A model generated the notes under the pieces. The model worked only from the letters and a program-made list of their open reading frames with translations. It did not search any database and was not told the DNA's origin. From the sequence record DRR378314_656: 20,000 nucleotides of DNA. One strand, 5' to 3'. Of this stretch, positions 16,397 through 20,000 are shown one piece after another. The position numbers and the translations under genes were made by a program. Within the stretch, counting starts at the first letter, position 1. The number at the start of each line of letters is the position of its first letter.

Positions 16397-17185
16397 ATGA
16401 AACGGCTTTTTCTGACTACGAGTGCTGCTGCCCTGATGCTGGGTGCTGCAGCGTGTTCCGGTGCTGAAACCCACACGAAAACCGCTGACAATGACTCGGC
16501 TGTGATGACCGAAACAGCGGCTTATGACGCTGAATATGCGAGCGGCGACGCGACCGAGGACGATTTCAATGTCGATACGCGGGTCGCTATGGGCAATTCA
16601 GACCAGGCTGAGATCGAGCGTGACGATTACGTGCTCGCCTCCGACGAATTCCTGACATCTGAACTGATCGGTGAAGATGTCACCGATGCCAATGGCGAGG
16701 AAGTTGGCGAAGTTGAAGACGTGCTTCTGGCGTCAGGCAACATGCAGCCAATGCTGGTCATCCGCGATGGATTTGCCGGCGATCTCCACACGGTTTCCTT
16801 TGATCAGGCCGAGATCTGGTTTGACGAGGAAGGCGAGCCTGAAGCCCGCATGGATCTGACAGAGGACATGCTGGACGATCTGCAGGAGTTCGAACAGGAA
16901 GGTCTGAACGACTATCGTCTCGCGTCCGAGCTGACCGGTACGAATGTCCGCCTCGGCTTCAATGACAAGGATGTTCGCGTCACGGACATGATCATGAAGA
17001 CGGATGGTACGGCCAAGTACGCCGTGGTTTCGAACGGCATCGTCGATGCTGTCACGGATGAGCGCTTCCTGATCAACCCGGCGAAGATCGTCGTGTCGCA
17101 AGGCGACAGCGAGGGTGAAATGATGATCGACCTCTCTGAGGAAGAGTTTACCAACGCGATGAGCTTTACCGCTGACATCGACTAA
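16397..17185 (+). CDS. Acidic lipoprotein with two PRC-barrel-like domains
   Basis: AAAGGA SD; signal peptide MKRLF...LGAAAC; repeated SELIG.DV...GE.VG.VEDVL and SELTG.NV...V.VTDMI motifs. Confidence 0.82.
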   Translation: MKRLFLTTSAAALMLGAAACSGAETHTKTADNDSAVMTETAAYDAEYASGDATEDDFNVDTRVAMGNSDQAEIERDDYVLASDEFLTSELIGEDVTDANGEEVGEVEDVLLASGNMQPMLVIRDGFAGDLHTVSFDQAEIWFDEEGEPEARMDLTEDMLDDLQEFEQEGLNDYRLASELTGTNVRLGFNDKDVRVTDMIMKTDGTAKYAVVSNGIVDAVTDERFLINPAKIVVSQGDSEGEMMIDLSEEEFTNAMSFTADID

Positions 17186-17206
17186 CTGATCTGACAGTTG
17201 ATCAAA

Positions 17207-17246
17207 GAAGAGGGCCCTGCTGGCGCGGGGCCCTTTTTCTGTTTTT
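17207..17246 (+). terminator. Rho-independent terminator after the PRC-barrel gene
   Basis: AGGGCCCTGC-tggc-GCGGGGCCCT followed by TTTTCTGTTTTT. Confidence 0.85.
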
Positions 17247-17308
17247 CCACCGACACATCTGGGCGAGAGCGTTTCCCCGCCGCGCCAATGAAGGTAAACT
17301 GCCAAACC

Positions 17309-19216
17309 ATGAGTTCGACTGTCCGCATCCCTGATGGTTTTGTTGATGAGCTGAAGGCCCGTATCCGGCCTTCGGACGTGATCGGCCGCAAGGTGAAGCT
17401 GACAAAAAAGGGCAAGGAATGGGTCGGCCTGTCGCCATTCACCGCAGAGAAGACGCCAAGCTTTTACGTCAACGACCAGAAGCGCATCTTCAAATGCTTC
17501 TCGTCCGGCATGGGCGGCGACGTTATCAGCTTCGTGATGGAAACTGAGCGCCTGTCCTTCATGGAGGCGGTCGAGAAGCTGGCCGAGGAAGCCGGCATGG
17601 AACTGCCCAGGGCAGATCCGCGCGCTGCCGAAGCCTATGATCATCGCAAGCGCCTGCAGGAGGTCTGCGAGGCGGCGGCGGCCTATTTCGAAGAGAGGCT
17701 GCAATCCTCTGAAGGTGCCGGCGCGCGGGAATATCTTGAAGGGCGCGGGTTGAAGCCTGCCGCCTGGAAGCGTCACCGGCTGGGCTATGCGCCGGATGAT
17801 TGGCGCAAGACAAGCGCACACTTGAAGGCCGAAGGCTTCACACAGGCCGAGATTCTTGAAGCGGGCCTGACCAAGGAAAGTGATCGCGGCGGTGAGCCCT
17901 ATGACGCATTCCGGGGGCGCCTGATGTTCCCCATTCCGGATAGCCGGGGCGGGATCATCGCCTTTGGTGGCCGTGCGCTGACGCCGGATGCGAAGCCGAA
18001 ATATTTGAATTCCGGCGATACGCCGCTATTCCACAAATCCCGCGTGCTCTACCGCTACAAGGCGGCCCGTGAAGCTCTGGGGCATGGCGAGGGCGGCGGC
18101 CTGATTGTCTGCGAAGGCTATATGGACGCCATCGCACTGACCGAAGCCGGTTTCGGACAGGCGGTTGCCCCGCTCGGCACGGCGCTGACCGAGGAGCAGA
18201 TCAGCCTGCTGTGGCGCGCCGGTCCGGAGCCCGTCCTGTGTTTTGATGGTGACCGGGCAGGGCTTGGCGCAGCCTATCGCGCGGTGGACCGGGCGCTGCC
18301 GCATGTTGAGCCGGGGCGGTCATTGTTTTTCGTGCTGCTGCCGGATGGCATGGATCCGGACGACCTGATCCGTGAACGCGGGCCCGTGGCGATGGGCGAA
18401 GCGCTGGAGGCGCGCATTCCATTGTCAGAACTGCTCTGGCTGCGCGAGCGCGATGCGGAGCCGCTGGACACGCCGGAGCGTCAGGCGGGACTGGAGGCGC
18501 GCCTGATGCAGGCGGCGGCACAGATCAAGCATCTTGGCGTGAAGGCGGCCTATGAGCGCGATCTGAAATCGCGGATGCGAGATCATTTCTGGCAGCTGCG
18601 CCAAGCCAAGCGGCAAAATGGATTTACCAAGGGCAAGCCCGGTGGCCGGGGGCAGGGCGGCGCGCCGGCCTTTGGGGCTCAGCCGGGTATTCAGGCGAAT
18701 AAGGGCGGCCGCCAAAACCCCGGCGTGCTTCTGCTGATGCAGGCGGTGATGAGCCCTGCCATCCTGTCCGGCATGGAGGAGATCCTGATTGCAGCCGATT
18801 TCCGCAATCCGATGTCGAACCGGCTGCGCGACGTGATTGTCGACTTCCTGATCGAGGATGAGGAGCTCAGCCTGCAGGCCGTGTGTGACCTGCTGGTGCG
18901 CGAGGGGCATGAGCATGAGCTGTCGCAGATCGACATGACCCGCATTTCTCGTATTCGCACAGATGAGCCAGCCTACAAGTCCTGGAAGGCTGCCATCGAG
19001 GTCTTCATTCCCGTCGACACGGCCCCATCTGCGGACGACGAGGTGCGCCGCCTGAAACTGAAGCGGCGACTGGTGGCAGAGCGGCGCAAGGCGCATGAGG
19101 AACGGGTTCTGGTCGACCAGCAGGAAAAGGCGATGGGCAAGGCCAATATCGGCGATTTCTGGAAACAGTTCGAAGAGAAAAACCCCTGGTTCAAGCAGGA
19201 TGGGTCCAACGAGTAG
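17309..19216 (+). CDS. dnaG: DNA primase
   Basis: EKTPSF.V, FRGRLMFPI, AFGGR, KYLNS, EGYMD, LGTALT, FDGD.AG and DPDD; lies upstream of rpoD. Start reassigned to ATG 17309. Confidence 0.98.
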   Translation: MSSTVRIPDGFVDELKARIRPSDVIGRKVKLTKKGKEWVGLSPFTAEKTPSFYVNDQKRIFKCFSSGMGGDVISFVMETERLSFMEAVEKLAEEAGMELPRADPRAAEAYDHRKRLQEVCEAAAAYFEERLQSSEGAGAREYLEGRGLKPAAWKRHRLGYAPDDWRKTSAHLKAEGFTQAEILEAGLTKESDRGGEPYDAFRGRLMFPIPDSRGGIIAFGGRALTPDAKPKYLNSGDTPLFHKSRVLYRYKAAREALGHGEGGGLIVCEGYMDAIALTEAGFGQAVAPLGTALTEEQISLLWRAGPEPVLCFDGDRAGLGAAYRAVDRALPHVEPGRSLFFVLLPDGMDPDDLIRERGPVAMGEALEARIPLSELLWLRERDAEPLDTPERQAGLEARLMQAAAQIKHLGVKAAYERDLKSRMRDHFWQLRQAKRQNGFTKGKPGGRGQGGAPAFGAQPGIQANKGGRQNPGVLLLMQAVMSPAILSGMEEILIAADFRNPMSNRLRDVIVDFLIEDEELSLQAVCDLLVREGHEHELSQIDMTRISRIRTDEPAYKSWKAAIEVFIPVDTAPSADDEVRRLKLKRRLVAERRKAHEERVLVDQQEKAMGKANIGDFWKQFEEKNPWFKQDGSNE

Positions 19217-19246
19217 GCAATCCGGACCGAAACGCAGGAAAACCTA

Positions 19247-19275
19247 TTGACCGCAACGCATTCCGTGCCCATTTA
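19247..19275 (+). promoter_or_regulatory. Putative rpoD promoter (sigma32- or sigma70-type)
   Basis: TTGA-N17-CCCATTTA shortly after the dnaG stop. Confidence 0.55.
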
Positions 19276-19628
19276 TCGTAACTTGGGAACATGCGCGCTG
19301 CCAAATTGCTCAACGACGATCCAAAGACGCCTCTGAACGCGGTCAAAGAACCCGAGGCAAAGGACTGGCCCAAGGCCACCGAGCACCACATGGTAGACGG
19401 ACGTTCACACGCGGCTGGTTCTGACCGTGGCATGAAAGATGCTGCGTGCGATGGATCGACCCTGTTGTCACCGGTATGGCACAGGCGTCTCAGGCCCGTT
19501 GAGAACCGAACGGCCCCACGGGGCCGCATGAACAAGGCAGCAGGATCAGTCAGCGAAAGCTAACAGGGCAGGCAATATTTCGGGAGGGTTCCGGCAGGCG
19601 CAGCCGGTTCCTCACAGGAGAGAATTGA

Positions 19629-20000
19629 ATGGCAACAGCCACCAAGAAAAAGAACGTCTCAGGTGACGGCGACCGTGAAGACGACAAGGACAATGAAAAC
19701 GGCCTGGTCGACTTCAGTGCGACAGACGTCAAGAAGGTCCTGAAACGCGCTCAGAAGCGCGGCTTCATCACACATGATGAAATCAATGCCCTTCTCCCCA
19801 ATGACGAGATGACCTCGGACCAGATCGAGGACGTCATGTCCCAGATTTCCGAAATGGGCATCGCCGTGGTCGAAAGCGAGGAAGAAGCCGAAGCCGAAGG
19901 CAAGGCGCTTACCAAGATCGAAGACAAGAAGGTTGTGGCCAAGAAGGGCAATGCCCGTGGCTCTGACCGGACCGATGACCCGGTGCGCATGTATCTGCGC
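19629..20000 (+). CDS. rpoD: RNA polymerase primary sigma factor (5' part; runs off the window edge)
   Basis: Not in the ORF track. Manual translation gives MATATKKKNV...AQKRGFITHDEINALLP...SDQIEDVMSQISEMGIAVVE...RTDDPVRMYLR (regions 1.1 and 1.2). AGGAG SD. Confidence 0.98.
   Translation, partial: MATATKKKNVSGDGDREDDKDNENGLVDFSATDVKKVLKRAQKRGFITHDEINALLPNDEMTSDQIEDVMSQISEMGIAVVESEEEAEAEGKALTKIEDKKVVAKKGNARGSDRTDDPVRMYLR

Noticed and set aside
19291-19563. 90-aa ORF between dnaG and rpoD as an annotated gene
   Set aside because: No recognisable domain and only a weak SD; kept as a possibility within the rpoD leader finding.
1-20000. CRISPR arrays, tRNA/rRNA, transposases, integrases, prophage or defence genes
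   Set aside because: No spaced direct repeats, RNA-gene signatures or such protein motifs were seen, and no obvious compositional island.

Overview
GC-rich alphaproteobacterial chromosomal window. Gene content and protein style suggest Hyphomonadaceae/Caulobacterales (inference). The left part has metabolic and envelope genes: a partial TetR divergent from a membrane-anchored amidohydrolase, an SDR, an HsaA-like flavin monooxygenase, an LMW-PTP with a basic N-terminal extension, YihY, and an EamA coupled to an Amidase_2. These are followed by a four-gene run (membrane protein, SAM methyltransferase, DUF3445, EVE), a GH3 lipoprotein, a second TetR and a PHD-like 2OG-Fe(II) oxygenase. The right part is the core carA / yqeY - dnaG - rpoD locus, with a PRC-barrel lipoprotein gene carrying an EcfG-type promoter between yqeY and dnaG. 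No tRNA, rRNA, CRISPR array or mobile element was seen. The best candidate for something undescribed is at 12980-13170. There, the slot normally occupied by the TetR's divergent target gene holds a promoter, three hairpins and a terminator on the minus strand but no credible ORF, i.e. a putative ~155-nt TetR-controlled small RNA. Other oddities are a ~345-nt possibly structured rpoD leader, a six-cysteine YqeY and a primase lacking three of four zinc ligands. All calls come from reading motifs by eye; no searches or folding programs were run.
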